Positions 12,831 to 26,179 of a stretch of DNA of 64,000 nt are shown piece after piece (the stretch's first letter is position 1; the number at the start of each line of letters is the position of its first letter). The stretch covers positions 426,618-490,617 of the forward strand of contig RDEW01000018.1 in NCBI GenBank assembly GCA_011109175.1. The letters run 5' to 3'. Position numbers and translations under genes: made by a program. This DNA is from Dicyema japonicum. Its lineage: Eukaryota > Animalia > Dicyemida. The notes under the pieces are model-generated. The model did not search any database, was not told the DNA's origin, and worked only from the letters and a program-made list of their open reading frames with translations.

Positions 12831-13659
12831 TCGAAAATTACCCAAACAATCGCAAATCAAGAACCAGAGGACAAGCCAAGGAAGCATATAAAGGCGGGAG
12901 AGACTGTAATCGACAAGAAGTACGTAAAAACGGCAATAAACTCATTTATGACGGCGGAACCTGAAAATGTAATAAAAGACGCTTTTCTCGATAATTTGAA
13001 GAAAATATATAGAAAATGTAGTTTATATAATTTAAGCAGTAAAATTGTGTCCCTCCAACTCTGAGAGGGAGATGGAACTTTTGTGGGTTGAGGAAGCTAT
13101 ACAAAGCAGAGTCAAAGTGAATTTTGCATTAAATTTAGTTTTTGGAGACCAAAAGATCATTGACTACTGGGAAGACCAGCAAGAGATTCTCTCTTGGTGA
13201 TGGAAGGAATGGAGAGTTGGATGATAGTTTGGAAGTGAGAGTGACTTGTAATAGTAGGGCAAGCTAGTAAAATCAGAAGACAGCAGTCAACAAATTATTA
13301 GTTCCCCAAAAATGAGGAATTAATGGGAATTATAAAACAAGTAATGTATTTGGTGAGGTAGATTGAATTGCTGAAAACTGAAATTAGAGAAAATTCAACT
13401 AAAAATGACTATGAGTGCACTCCAAATCTCACTAGGAAAGAAAACTCTGCGCTAAATAAGGCGAGAAAATTTTTATCGTCGAACGCTTATTCAAGTAAAT
13501 GATTATTGTATACTCCCAGTTTTTGTTATTTTATAAAAATATTTTACTTATTTTCCAATCGATTTTTATGGATAATGATGGACTATATAATAATGTAAAA
13601 ATGATCTTTGGAGACCACAAGGGATCGGTTCTTAACCTCTATATATGCACTTTATAAAC

Positions 13660-13778
13660 GATCCTATTCTGTAGTGAGATATTCACTGATGACGGCGTCA
13701 CTCGTCAAGCCAAAGCATCGTAGATGCCTGAAACCTTTAATCGGAATGTACAGCAGCGAGATTCAAACACATCAGGCC
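13660..13778. repeat. Dispersed repeat of about 120 bp; second copy at 15199-15317
   Basis: Shared blocks AGTGAGAT, GGCGTC.CTCGTCAAGC, TGAAACCTTTA.TCGGAAT and AGCAGCGA occur in the same order in both copies. Confidence 0.65.
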
Positions 13779-14149
13779 TCTTGCCCAACACTCATAAGGG
13801 TTGCTAATTTGCCTATGCGAATTATTTCATATATGTGAGGGAAAATAAAATGTTTGTAGTTGTGACAAAACCTAAGGTTAGGAGCGAATTATTATAAACT
13901 TGTGAAAAATACTCGATAGGAAAGTTACAACTAGCTAAAGGGGTTTCAGCCAAAGATGGCTTATCTCAGAAATGAAAACTTAGTTGCCCTTAGAAAGTGC
14001 AGAGGAAGCCAGAGGTATTCTTTTTGTAAGATTTCTAATTTATAACAAAGAATCTGGAGATCTTTGATGTCACATTGTATTTCAGAAATTCGTGCTTCAT
14101 TTTATAGAAATCCTCAAGAAAAGACTTTGGAAGGTAAGCAGACTGAAGA

Positions 14150-14614
14150 TTAACAGAAAAGTAGTACATCCGCCGTCAGGCAGACATAGCGCTGGGGTAT
14201 TCCCTCGTCACGTCATGTTAAACTAGATTGTCAAGAGGGCTATCGAAGACTCCTGGTTTACCTTCCTTCTGGAACACGTTGGACATGACAGGGATTAAAC
14301 ATGCACAAACAATTTCTTTAACGCGAATCTGTTCAAGTCATCACTGCGCGTGGGTATCACAGCAAATTAAAAAGGGATTGATTCGCATTCCAGCAAATCT
14401 CCGTTTAAATGTCTGACATTCGTGAACCTAGCACGTCCCAGTTTATCAGGTTAATCGGGTGGCTTTCAAGATTGCGGAAGGGAGCCTAAAATGACACGAT
14501 GGCTATTCCAGAACATTGGGGTCGCGATTATAAGAAGTAACTCCAATGTTGCAGGTCATAATGAGACCTTGTCATTACAGCTGACTTTATTGCTTTTATT
14601 AGAATAAATGCTTT
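14150..14614 (+). mobile_element. CRE-type retrotransposon, degenerate 3' fragment
   Basis: SAGVFPRHVMLNxIVKRA...LLEHVG and TRWLFQNIGVAIIRSN, followed by AATAAA. Possible 8-bp TSD ACTGAAGA (14142-14149, 14615-14622). Confidence 0.6.
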
Positions 14615-15403
14615 ACTGAAGAAGATATTTGCTGAAAGATTTATACCCCCGACTTACGCCACCGAACTGTTGAGTTGTCTTATTCTGTTTGGAGATTCAA
14701 TTTTCTTTCTCAGAGACCGCGAATGTCGACTGAAAACATATACTGAGAGTTCCTGAGAGTACTAGATGTTAACTTTTTTTAATTTTGATTAAATCTCTGG
14801 TGATTAAATACCTCATTTTGTCGACCTCTTCTAACTCGAGGATCAGTATCAAACAAAGACTTGTCTTTCTCCCGTGACAATGGACGAAAAACTCTGGAGA
14901 CAGCGGAAACCCTATCTCTTGAACAAGTAGTATGCACCTAAGAATCTAATCCACCAAATATTTAAAAAAACAACAAGGATCAACTATCAAAAGCTATACG
15001 TGTAGGTTGGGAGTCAAGATTTCGAAAGCCAAACAAGATTTGTATATATAGATTAATAAATAGTAACATTCCATTAACGAGAGCCACATGGGCATGACAC
15101 ACACTTTATTATTAAAGTAAATAACAGTTTCTTACGGTTGAGAGGAGAACAATTAATGTCCATAACTTCTCTCTTTGATTACCTCCAGTCGCTGTAGAGA
15201 ATCCTGTTAAGCAGTGAGATCTCAGTGAGGATGGCGTCCCTCGTCAAGCAAAAAAAATCCTAAACGCATGAAACCTTTAGTCGGAATAGATAGCAGCGAT
15301 ATTTGAATCAATAAGCATCTGAATCCCGTCCAGAAGTAATCTGAGGAAATACCAACTATTTCAAATTCTCCCTAATTAACCTCCAAAACAATTTATTAAA
15401 TAA

Positions 15404-16179
15404 TCATTTAGAAAAAAGTGAGTTAAACTGACTATTATACGGTCGCTTTCTGTCATCTACCACATCATTGTCTACACTAGGCATTGGGGTACCCTTCTTC
15501 TCAGCCAACAATTTTAAGACCCGCAGACTCTCCTCTCTCTCCCTCTTTAACCTAAAACGTGCACACCCACATATACCTCTCACTACGCAGTCTATCGATC
15601 GTCTTACTTCCAGACGTAACACTCGACTCCTTCCTCTGAGTAGATTTGGGGGGAGAAGACCTTTTGATCTCATTAATTGGGTCATGGTACTTCTTCCTCT
15701 TGCAATCCCTTTCTTCCTTTCTACCAGTAACTATAATGGACAACATGTCAATCTCAGTTTTCCTGATTCTGGGTCCTTCCAGGAACCAAGGCTCAGATAA
15801 GTCTGGATTATCCTGATTCAGTTGCCCCAAATAATTGAGGTACCCAATCTTCTTCTCGAATGCTTCTTGTTCTTCCTTTTTTTCCCGCTCAGTCTCCTCG
15901 TTTTTAGCATCCTGGGCAGCCAATCCTTTCTCTTCACGTTCGAAGAGGTTTATATGTTCACAGACCGGGTCTTCGGTCTCAAAGGTTTGGTTTGCTCGAT
16001 TTCTAAGTAGTTTCATGCGGAAATCAGATTCGTTGTTATCCAATCGCTTCATTATCTCGAGTTCCCTTTCGCGGGCTTTGGCTTCGTCCTTTCTGACGAT
16101 AGCAATGTTATGTTTATTTCGCACATGCCACCTAAACTTTTAAAATAGTTGTTTACTCTTTCTTTGGGTTAATATTCAT
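15404..16179 (-). CDS. LENG1: LENG1 (Cir_N-domain spliceosome-associated protein), 3 exons
   Basis: Splicing out the 25-nt GT-AG introns 16132-16156 and 15552-15576 gives [27 protein letters not shown]...HINLF...YLGQ...PWF...DP...RLRSERLKRE...YNSQFN, which are LENG1 hallmark motifs. Confidence 0.88.
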
Positions 16180-16577
16180 AACAGACAACAAACAACAATA
16201 TTGAATTAATATATTAAATAAATATTTTATTAAATAAAATGTTTAATAAATAAATTTTATTAAAAAACCAAGTTTACAGCATAGTAAATAAATGATTGAA
16301 AATAAATCCATAAATGGTCCCTCATATTGGATTAAAAGTCAATCCGCTACTCACGGAAGAAACGATTCCTAATCGCAGATCCTGATTTTTTCGGGATTGT
16401 GAGGACGATGGAAACTCACTTCGCCTGTCCATTTCCAAAGCAACAGAAAACGGATTGTCAAAAGAAACCCTTTCCATTGATTCTTCTGCAGGGATATAAG
16501 AGAAGAATCTTTTTTGAAGTGGAACAAAAAGCCACGAATGTTGGATGGCTCAATAGATTACTGGAAACTGTGATCAC

Positions 16578-18186
16578 TAGGCGATTTTTGTCAATAAAGT
16601 CAAAAATTCATATGTTTTAAAATTGTTTAAAACTTATAAAAATGTTATTTTTAATCAAAAATATTATATTAGTCAAAGTTATAAAGTCAAAAAAGTTAAA
16701 ATTTTTGTAATGTCAAAAAAATCAAAATTTAAATTTTTTAGGTCAATAAAGTCAAAATTTTATTGATTTTTACGCGTTCAACCAAGAATGAAATTGAAAA
16801 GAATAAGTCTGTTGTTAGAATCCAATGAATTTTCTATCATTCACATGAAATCTCTTTTGTAATTTATGTGGGACATTTTTAACTACAAAATCAATTTTTT
16901 TATCGAATCACATCGATCGTCTAGAAGCATATCAAATTAGCAGGTTTATTATTTTTATTACTATTTAACACATGTCAATACTATAAAACTGATTTTCTCG
17001 TCCATCTTCCGCCACATGGGCAGATAAAGTCATAAGGGTTTTGTCGAATTCGATATCCCTTGCATAAGCTGAACAGTAAAGCTTACGAGACTTGTATTGG
17101 AGATAATCTTCCTTCTACTTACGCTTGCCGAAAAAAGTGTAGAAAATTTATGCCAGAAGCAGCTTGACAGAATTAGCCATTTTGAGGTTTTATTTGCATT
17201 TATAATATATCTGAATTTTTTTTGTTTTAATTGACGAAACTGATATCCGGGGACAGAAGTATGTCATTGCACTTATTAGTAGAATTTCTGATCCCAAGAA
17301 AATATTTTTAACGTCTTGTCCATTGTCTTCTGCGGCTAACTCGTCGATTGTCTGTCAGGGATTTTGCGATAGATCGCGATAATTTTGTATTACTGATGTA
17401 GCCAGATACATGGTAGCTGGTATCGAAGGTTTTAATACACGATTTGCATCGTGCAACACGTGCTCTTCATCTTCTTCATAACTGTTGCATTAAAATAAGA
17501 AGATATTTTAAGGATGTGGATTTTTTAATTTCATTTAATTCATTGATAAATGTCAAACAAGACACGAAGAGAAAAATTTGCTGAAATTGGGTATTCACCT
17601 GAAGTTATTCTAACAAGATGGGGGAGTTGGATGGAAGCAGCTTTCCATTATTGCAAAAATTACACAGAAATATAAAAAATAATTGAAAGTTTCGACGGAG
17701 AGGGGATTTTAGTCGAAAGATGTTTGCAAGCGGTTTGTCAACAGCGAACTACGTACATATTATGTGAAATAATAGAGAAGGCTGAAGAAACCTATTTCAC
17801 TATAGAGACGCTGTTGAAGACATTAAGAAATTGAATCGGGAAGTATCTAGAATGAAGATTATCTGTAAATCAAGTGCTTTCTATTTCAAAAATGGAGAAC
17901 AACATTTTTCCACATGTATACAACTATCTTAAAAAGTATCCTTCCACATCTGTTGAGAGAAGTTTTTATTTATTGGGAAAATTACTATCTAAAGACCGAA
18001 ATTTTAAAACCCGAAAACGTTTCGAATTACATTATTCTGTATTTTAATAAAGATTTAGATTAGTTTTTATATTAAAAAAATTTTTTGTTGATAAATTTAT
18101 CATAAAGTCAAAAAAGATTAAAATTTTGAAATTTTAAGGTCAAAAAAGTCAATTTTGTGTCAAAAATTCCGATTTATAAAGTCCTA
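16578..18186 (+). mobile_element. Degenerate hAT transposon of the CGGBP1-related group
   Basis: SPEVILTRWGSWMEAAFHY and PSTSVERSF...NF transposase motifs. TAGG / CCTA termini and AAAGTCAAAA subterminal arrays are present. No TSD found. Confidence 0.65.
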
Positions 18187-18523
18187 ATTGCAGATCTAAT
18201 GAGATTAGCGCCTCAGAACTGCTGGTTCTTATTATTATCGCCCAGGACCACTTGGTTAATATAGAAAGGATATCAAGCAATTCCATACAGACAATGTGAA
18301 CGTCGAAAACGCCGTGGACGGGAATTTTGAACTTCTCTTCATATCGAGCTCGTGGTCATTTCGTATTTACGGTGATTTTCGAGGTATTTGACAAAAATCT
18401 CGTTAAGGGATTTGCTCAGTATGTTGTCCATCTTCACAAATTTTCGTTCTTGTTTAAGTAGAAATGCTTCACATAGTCCGACGATTTTGTCAGCCGCTTC
18501 CTGGTTTTTGGTCAATTATAAAA

Positions 18524-18864
18524 TGTGTAGACACGTTTTCAAACACAAATATTTTCAAATCGGTTCAGATACCTAAAGCAGCTGCTTCTACCTCGGAGAA
18601 CCCAAAAATCAAGAAATATTCTTCCTCGGGGACCGCTACCGATTTACTCTTGTTGAGACCGAATCATTGGGAGCCGTTGGTCCAATGACGGCTGAGTTCT
18701 TGCGAGAACTCGGAGGAATGCTTGCCAGAAAGAAAAGAAATCAAAGTGAAGGGTTATGGCTGAGAAAAAAGATTGGAATGGCCATACTCCGAGGGAACTT
18801 GTTCGCAATCCACGCAGCCGGCTTCCTCAGCTAGCATTTGTTTCTTTGGTAAAAAATTACTTTA
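18524..18864 (+). mobile_element. CRE-type retrotransposon 3' fragment with TSD
   Basis: CVDTFS...KIKKY...ETESLGAVGP...WLRKKIGMAILRGN. A direct repeat AATTATAAAA lies at 18514-18523 and 18865-18874. Confidence 0.75.
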
Positions 18865-19518
18865 AATTATAAAAATACAAAATTTAGATTCATCTTAGGA
18901 GGTGGAAATATCGCGAACCGATTTTACACGAATCTTCTGGAATTTTCAAATATTAGCTCCAATCGTCTATTGATCGGGGAGGGCTTTCCAGCAGCTCGTT
19001 TTTCTTTAGGTAACGAATCCGGATATTCTTGAAAAAGGCTTTATCCACTTTCCTTTTCTAGCGATGCTACTAACAAGTGAGCAAAATACTATCCTCCTTA
19101 CAATTACATTTTTTGTACAATACAGGAGACCTTCCTCCTGACATTAGGCTCACAACTTTAGACAAAAATCTAATTGACAATACAGGGGATCTCTCTCCTC
19201 GACGTCATGTTCCCTAATACATTGACCTAACAGTCAGCTACTGTTGATTCGGCTGAGTACGAACCTAGCAAGCAAACTTAAAGAAAATCAGAGCCTTTCA
19301 TTTCTCAGTAATCTTAAGAAGTTTTCGTCCCCTTTTATAGACCCTATCGGCAGAGCCTAGTAAGAAGTTAAACGTCTTCCAGTAACACGAGGCTACAAAA
19401 ATTGCGTATAATCCCTCGAGGAACCATGCGAAGACGAGGTAGCTGCTGAGACTGGAACTAATGGCCACTTGATTTAAATAAACAAATAATGAGACACCAC
19501 ATGCCTTGTTATTTTAAA

Positions 19519-20540
19519 TCAATGTTTATTAAAAATACTTTTATACATTTTATAAACCTTGGATAGCGAATATCTAACAGATTTTGTTAGTCCAGCAGTG
19601 ATAATTCCTTTAAAAGCCTGCGACAAACTAGCCTTCGACACAATTGCTTTGATTGAACTGATAATAACATCCTTTGAAGGATTGTGAGCCAATATCATTA
19701 GAATTTCCTCAATGTCAGGGTTCTTCTGGTCCTTGTTCATTTTATGCCACAACTGGAGTTGGAGATTCTTTGGGAGATGATTTAGATGATGGAGTCTTGA
19801 TGAATATACTAGTTGCTGTTCGAAAATACCATCCTTTTGGTGCCAGTAAAGGTGCCCCCCAAATCCCTCAATGTGGGGACCGTATAGATTCCTAAAGTGA
19901 CTCAGATTCTCACGCACAATGTTCCCAATCTTGCCTTTGTCCTCTCCAAACTAAGGGTCACACAAAAACCTACTAAAAGTCTAAAGTCACCACTGTAGGA
20001 CAGCCACACTATGGTTCTGAACAGCTCCTCCTCCGTGAATGTCTCCGGTAGTAGAAGTAAGGCCACGTGAAGAGCCGAAGCCAGATTTCCTCGTAAAGCA
20101 TCTCCTAGTTCATCAGAAATCCCATTTTTTAATGACAAAACAGGTTTCTGGAGTCTATATCAAATTAAGAGACTCTACCTTCCACTGGCATACAAAAAGT
20201 CCCAGTCGTACAAGTCGGATATAAAATCCCCCGTAGTAATAACGCCGTATTTAAACAATCTACCGTTGTAACTGATCAGTGTGTTGTAGAACATCCTGGC
20301 ACCAAAATTACACTGCAAATTTGCAAGACGACTGGGTCCGGCAAGGCGACACGCTGAATAGTGCTTACGGTTGATTAATGTGTTTTCTGCATGAAATAAA
20401 GTTGCATCGTCAACGATCAAAATAAGGTCAATCACTTTGTGGGTGTTCATTTCGGAAAGAACAGAGGATCCATAGGCAAATGCAGAATTGACTGACTTTG
20501 GTAAAGTGGACAAAAATTCACAGCAACGCTCAATTAACAT
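19519..20540 (-). CDS. TAMM41: Mitochondrial phosphatidate cytidylyltransferase TAM41, 3 exons
   Basis: Motifs FAYGS, DLILIVDD, KYGVI, LYASG-R-LQKPV, LSYSGDFR..FGED.GKIGNIV and QAFKGIITAG..KSVRY. Introns 20155-20178 (24 nt) and 19951-19973 (23 nt) restore a continuous frame. Confidence 0.93.
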
Positions 20541-20606
20541 TATTTAAATTTAATATTTAATATATAATGAAATTCATTTTAATTTTAAAAATTCAAGTAA
20601 ACATTT

Positions 20607-21857
20607 TCTTGCATCTGTTGCTTTGGACCGCTTAAAACATCCTGCAGGAAATTACCTATCAGCATGCCATAGTGGATTTCGTGAAGGAAGGTCGACAGCG
20701 GACATTCTGTGGAGCCACAGGTGGCGGTGTGCAACGGCTCAAAGATACAAAAATGCCACGACCATCCTGGGGATCGATATGTCAAGAGCTTTCGACACCA
20801 TTAGCCGACACAAGCTAATGGTTGTCCTTCATCAATTTGTGGACCAATCATTGCTACGGATAATCAGAGTACTTCTCTCAAGTACTGAACTGTCAGTCCG
20901 AATTGGGAGAACTCTATCCCGACCATTCAAAACTACAATCGGCACTCCTCAGGGAGACTCCCTCTCCCCTTACTATTTGTGATATATCTCGAAGCTGCAC
21001 TAAAGGATCTAAGAACTTGCTATGAAGGAAAAATAAACGAAGTCGTATACGCGGATGATGTGGATTTTATATCCGAGGATACAGAAGCTCTCACACATCT
21101 GCTGGAAAATGCACCGGACAAACTGGGGGAATGGTTCCTCATCGTTAACCGGGCCAAAACGGAAATCACGGAAATCAAAAGAATGGACAACATCCTTAAT
21201 GAACGTTGGCGACATGTTAATAAGCTTGGATCCCTACTGGGGGACACAGAAGACATCATCAAAAGGAAAACACTTGCAGGAGTAGCAATGCGAAAACTCA
21301 AAAAGGGATGGCTGAAAGGACTAGATGTCAATCTGCGGATACGCATGTACAATGCATTTGTGAAACCGATACTGACATACAATGCTGGTACTTGGGCCTG
21401 TACAGGTGCGGAATCAATGGCTCTCGATGGGTTCCACAGAAAACAGCTTAGAGTATTATTTGGCATGCAGTGGCCGGCCAGAATCTCGAATACCGGTATT
21501 TACAAAAAATGCAAGAGTAGGCCTCTAAGCCTGGAAATCACTGACGCCCGGTGGAGACTGTTTGGTCACGTACTACGCATGGATCTTGCTGCCCCGGCTA
21601 ATGTGGCGATGGAGGACCATTTCATGTTCGAGGGCAAATGCTTCCGTGGCAGACCAAGGATGACCCTACCTATCATGCTGCACAAAGACCTCCAAAGGAT
21701 GAAGAAATGCCTAAAGACGGGAGACGATCTGGACATGCTGAGATCGACTGCGTGTAACCGTGGAGGATGGAAGAGGCTAACTAATAACATTGTTTCTTGT
21801 ATTGCACATGCTTTGCTATAACTATTATGGCAAGGCGATAAGTGCTGTAATAATAAT
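20607..21857 (+). mobile_element. 5'-truncated RTE LINE, relatively young
   Basis: RT motifs DMSRAFD, PQGDSLSP and YADD with a C-terminal RWRLFGH/RGRP. It has a (TAA)n tail and a 12-bp TSD AAGTAAACATTT (20595-20606, 21858-21869). Only one frameshift, near 20980. Confidence 0.93.
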
Positions 21858-22366
21858 AAGTAAACATTTGAAATAACCTCGTGGTAGATCAAAATATCAA
21901 TTTCTTTTAAACCAGAGACGTGTCCCGTATTTAATAAGCTCGACCAATATCTAAAACCTCCCCTGGTAGTCTTTAACCTCGAATAAACTATTTCTTACAT
22001 GTGAGCCTGTATTGTCATTCACAACATTAAATAAGGTAGTTGAATATCTGCAGAAGAAAAGGCTTCACCATGCTACTTTTGTTAACATAAAAAAAATATA
22101 CTTTGTTAAGATAAATTTTGTAAAACAGCTTCGGGTATGTCAGAGTTGAATAGGTCTATAGTAAATCAAAAAATACAGCAAACAGTACGACATCCAAATA
22201 TGACTCACACCACGCGGAGTATTTGAGGGTTCGCATTTGACCAAGTCTTTCGTCATAAAATCCATTAAAATTTAATTTTTCTTATATATTATTTAATTTT
22301 TTGTATAAAAGTCATTAATATTTTTTTAAAATTAACTTAATTATAAATTCAAAATTTTGTTAGAAA

Positions 22367-24714
22367 ATGGAAATACCCTCATTATATGAGCATTGCCTTG
22401 TTCATATTCGAACAGACTGTGATGTAAAAAAATATCAAGAATTAAACGAAAAAACTAATATAATGATGTGTAAAAGAATATTTAAGGAAAGGATATATCC
22501 GACAGATCCAAATGAAATTGAAGTTCTATCAGATACACACAAAATTTCAGATGTAGTACAGAAAAATGTTTTTTTTGTTGAATTTACGGATGACATTGAC
22601 GTTATGGGTGTTGTAAAGATGATTCAAGTTTATCCGAATTTATCGAATATTAAATTATTCGAAATTACTTCATCACAAAAGAATCCTTTACTACCATTCT
22701 CACCCAATAATGTCCAATCATTCTCACTTCTGAGATATAATGACCCAGATTTGCTACATTCCCTATTTATGACTGGATTTAACAAAATAACTTCCCTTGA
22801 ACTTGGCTATATATATAATAGTGGAAAAATATTTAAAAACAGCACAATTAAAATAATGGATAAACTGGAAAACATATACTTTATGAACGTTCTAGTTAAA
22901 GACTTTGAAGAATTTGCTGCTAACTTAAACCGTCCAGAGTCTCTATGGTTTAATTTATATCAAATTCAGTTATTTTACGCACATAAATAATTTTTATGTT
23001 TGTGAAACAAATATGAACATTTTTAAAATCAATTGTATTCCTCTTCTGGAAAAAACCAAAAACCTTATTTATCTGAATTTATCGGGGTATATTGTAGATG
23101 TGGAGAGATTAACAAAGTTGTCGTTTCTAATGATCATAGTATAGTGGCCAAAATTGGATTGAAAAAAAATAATTTTGACCAACTTATAAGTTTCAGTGTG
23201 GATATAAATGAATTGGTATTTTTGATGATATAATATAGGATGATAAAGAATCATTTATAAACAACTTTGTCAGACTTCTCTTTGATATAGAAGCTGAACA
23301 AGAAGACTTTAATGTGATTTGCAATGGAAATAACAAATATCGAAATAAATTATTAAGTCAATTTTTGAAAGTATTTTTTAAAACATTAGTTCAGTTTTTG
23401 GATCAGACATATGATAAAAATAGTCAATTTGCAGAATATATCATGTAAGCGAATCGTATTATTCCAGACCAATTCTAAATACTATTACCAAAAACTATCA
23501 AATATCATACTTTAATCGCTGGTATGCGTTGATCCTATTTTTAGTATGATTTATGATGTTGTTCTTAAAATTGTTAAATATACCCAAATTGTTGGAATAG
23601 AATTTGTACTATAATTTTAAACTTTTAGAAAATTTCTGATATTTTAAAGTTATTACACTTTTTGAAACCATGGGAGACATCAATTGTCGTTTGCAAATTT
23701 TTCATTTTAGTTGCCCACGTTTTCATTCCTGATTAAAGTATTGTTCTTGTTGGGAAGACGACAATAGTGATGATAAAGATTGTTGTCAATCTATTATGAA
23801 AAGTATGAACATAGGACTTCTTAGCTATCTTGGCTATTCCGGACTCGTCAAAGTTTGAAATTAATAACAGGATAATTTTAGTACTGCTTCGAACGTCTTA
23901 AAGCATGCAACGACTTTGGTTATGCCATATTCAATGTGTTGAGATATCTTCTAGGTATTTGAAATATATTTATTTAGACGAAAATGAAAAAAATATGGAT
24001 TTGTTTCTTGAATTGGATGGAATTTCTAAAATTCACGATTATTTTAGAAGTTTTCTATTAAACAAGAATAAAAACTGTTATACTGCAATTCAAATCATTA
24101 CAGTCGTAGAAACTCTAGCTAAATTTCCAAAAGCAAGAGGTTTACTTGTTTCGTGTGGAATAATAGAAGATTTATTGTAAAGTCGGTGTTTCATTAAAAG
24201 GAATCCTTATTACGATCAACTTGATTTCAATGCGCACTATTTTATCTACAGTTGCATGTGTATGATATTGGGGGATCCAAATATTATTTTTCCAACATTT
24301 TTAAATTTGAATATCGGTGATTTGAGTCCAAAGGAATTCATTCTAAATAAAATTTGTCAATTTATAAAAGAAAATCCGTATGAAGCAGATTGCGATATCC
24401 ATAGTAGGTAATTTTATTTTCTATGTCGAAGGTCAATGATACCAACAATAAATTATTAAATGTGAACACGGATGAGCGACTTTTGCTTTGGGTTGTGTGG
24501 GAATTTGCTAATTTAACCACTAAATATTGTTAATTTTTATTTTTAAAATAGCAAATGTATTTATGGAGGTGTTGATTCCGCATAACATTATTGAGAAAAT
24601 TGAGAATATATGTTGTCAATCCAATATGGAAGAGATCCATTCCTACGCTGCGATTTTTAGAACAAACTACAATGTTGTTATTTTTGATTTTAGGATTACA
24701 TTCATCGTCACTAA
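22367..24714 (+). CDS. BC-box / LRR-like / ARM-like protein, ZYG11/ZER1-like, paralogue 1 (two apparent frameshifts)
   Basis: N-terminal SLYEHCLVHI fits the BC-box consensus. LRR-like NLIYLNLSG and C-terminal WVVWEFANL are present. Mini-introns are positionally shared with paralogues 2 and 3. Frameshifts at about 23740 and 24455. Confidence 0.7.
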
Positions 24715-25059
24715 TTAAGTATTCAAGTTAACTAATTTCTTTATTAATAAATTATTAACAATATGTATTCATTTCTTAGTCGCTATTACAGAGGCTTGCA
24801 ACTCATTATTTACTGCTAGACTGATTTTTTTCTTAAAAATCAAAATATATTTTTAACAATAATCATATTTTCTGTAAACATAATGACAGTAAAAATTCAT
24901 TTATAGCCATCAATGAATCATTATTTAACATGTAATAGGTCTTCCTGAATCGTTCATAGGTTTTTGGGCAATCACGTGGTATTTAGAATCGGAAATCTAT
25001 TATATAAATTAATTTTCTACTTTAAGTGATTAAAAAACTTGCAAATTGTGTACTCTTGA

Positions 25060-25640
25060 ACAAGGATGATATAATCGTCGTAGTCAAAGACCAGTGCATT
25101 CATACGCTGTTTACCGGATAAGCTTCATTGGACGATCTGAACTGTTGGCTCGTTACGAACATTCTACATACAAGTCACGAAAACCGAGTGGCTTTTCCAA
25201 AGGATATCCCTGGCAGTAGTCAGAGGTAACAGCCACTCGATCATATCCGCTGGACTCAGTAATTAACTAGTCACGAAAAGTGTTATACAACAATTTTCAC
25301 AAAACAGAAGATTGACAAACTCCGCTCAATGTGTAACCATAAATGGAAACTCAATCTCTACGACCAACTCAATCAAGATACTAGGCGTAGTTTACGACCC
25401 ACTCTTGACCTTCAGCAAACACATCGACAACGTCATCTCTTCGGCACAACTAAAGCTAAATTTTGTTAAAACACTCCTTGGACAATATAATTGGTGTTTC
25501 AACTCAAATTTAGACTCGCTCTACATGCAGTATATTCAACCGTCTCTAACTTACGGGTGTGCTGCATGGGGAACCAACCTATCAAACAGGAATGTAGAAA
25601 AAATCAATACCTTTTAAAAAATGGCCAGTAAGGCTTTGTA
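25060..25640 (+). mobile_element. I/Jockey-group LINE RT 3' fragment
   Basis: DDIIV...LDDLNCWL, KILGVVYDPLLTFSKHID and YIQPSLTYGCAAWG. Confidence 0.75.
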
Positions 25641-26179
25641 AAAGTTTTCTTGGACACCTCTAAACCCTACACATTTTGAGAAATTAGTGAGAAAAACCGG
25701 AGCCTTACTACTTTCCAAAAAAAGTTAGAAACTCCCGCCCAATCCGGAACCCGAAAGAACACCAAGCAATCATCTGACGGCTATGTAGTTATTTAATTTG
25801 TCGGTGATTTTTGGTTTTTAATAATAATAATAATTCTTTCAATAATTTTCCGCTTTATTGAAAAATAGGAGTGCAAACATTCTTGCTGCAGTTTATGAAT
25901 CCCTGAATTCCACTTTCTATGGATAGACTCGGAAATAGTTCGCATTTCAGACTTGCTATCTATACAAATAACTAGTCTGTGCTATTCAAAATTTTCGTCT
26001 TTGATGTATAATCGACCTTCAATGACAATAAATTTCTTGGAATTTTTTATTAATTTGGATTTTGCTTGTCTTGTAGATGTTTGTACAGGCTCACCATTTA
26101 GAATGCTCACTATAGTTTGATATTATATAATATTATTGACAGAGCTTATTATTATCATATAAATAGATAAACATTTTAT

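Noticed and set aside
18930-19130. Penelope-like RT remnant on the - strand
   Set aside because: Only a vague YP...LKIP resemblance; no GIY-YIG or RT core motif.
22340-22369. TTTTGTTAG before the ATG of the three paralogues as a trans-splice acceptor
   Set aside because: It is not seen upstream of LENG1, TAM41 or Cdc25, and is explained by duplication of a shared upstream region.
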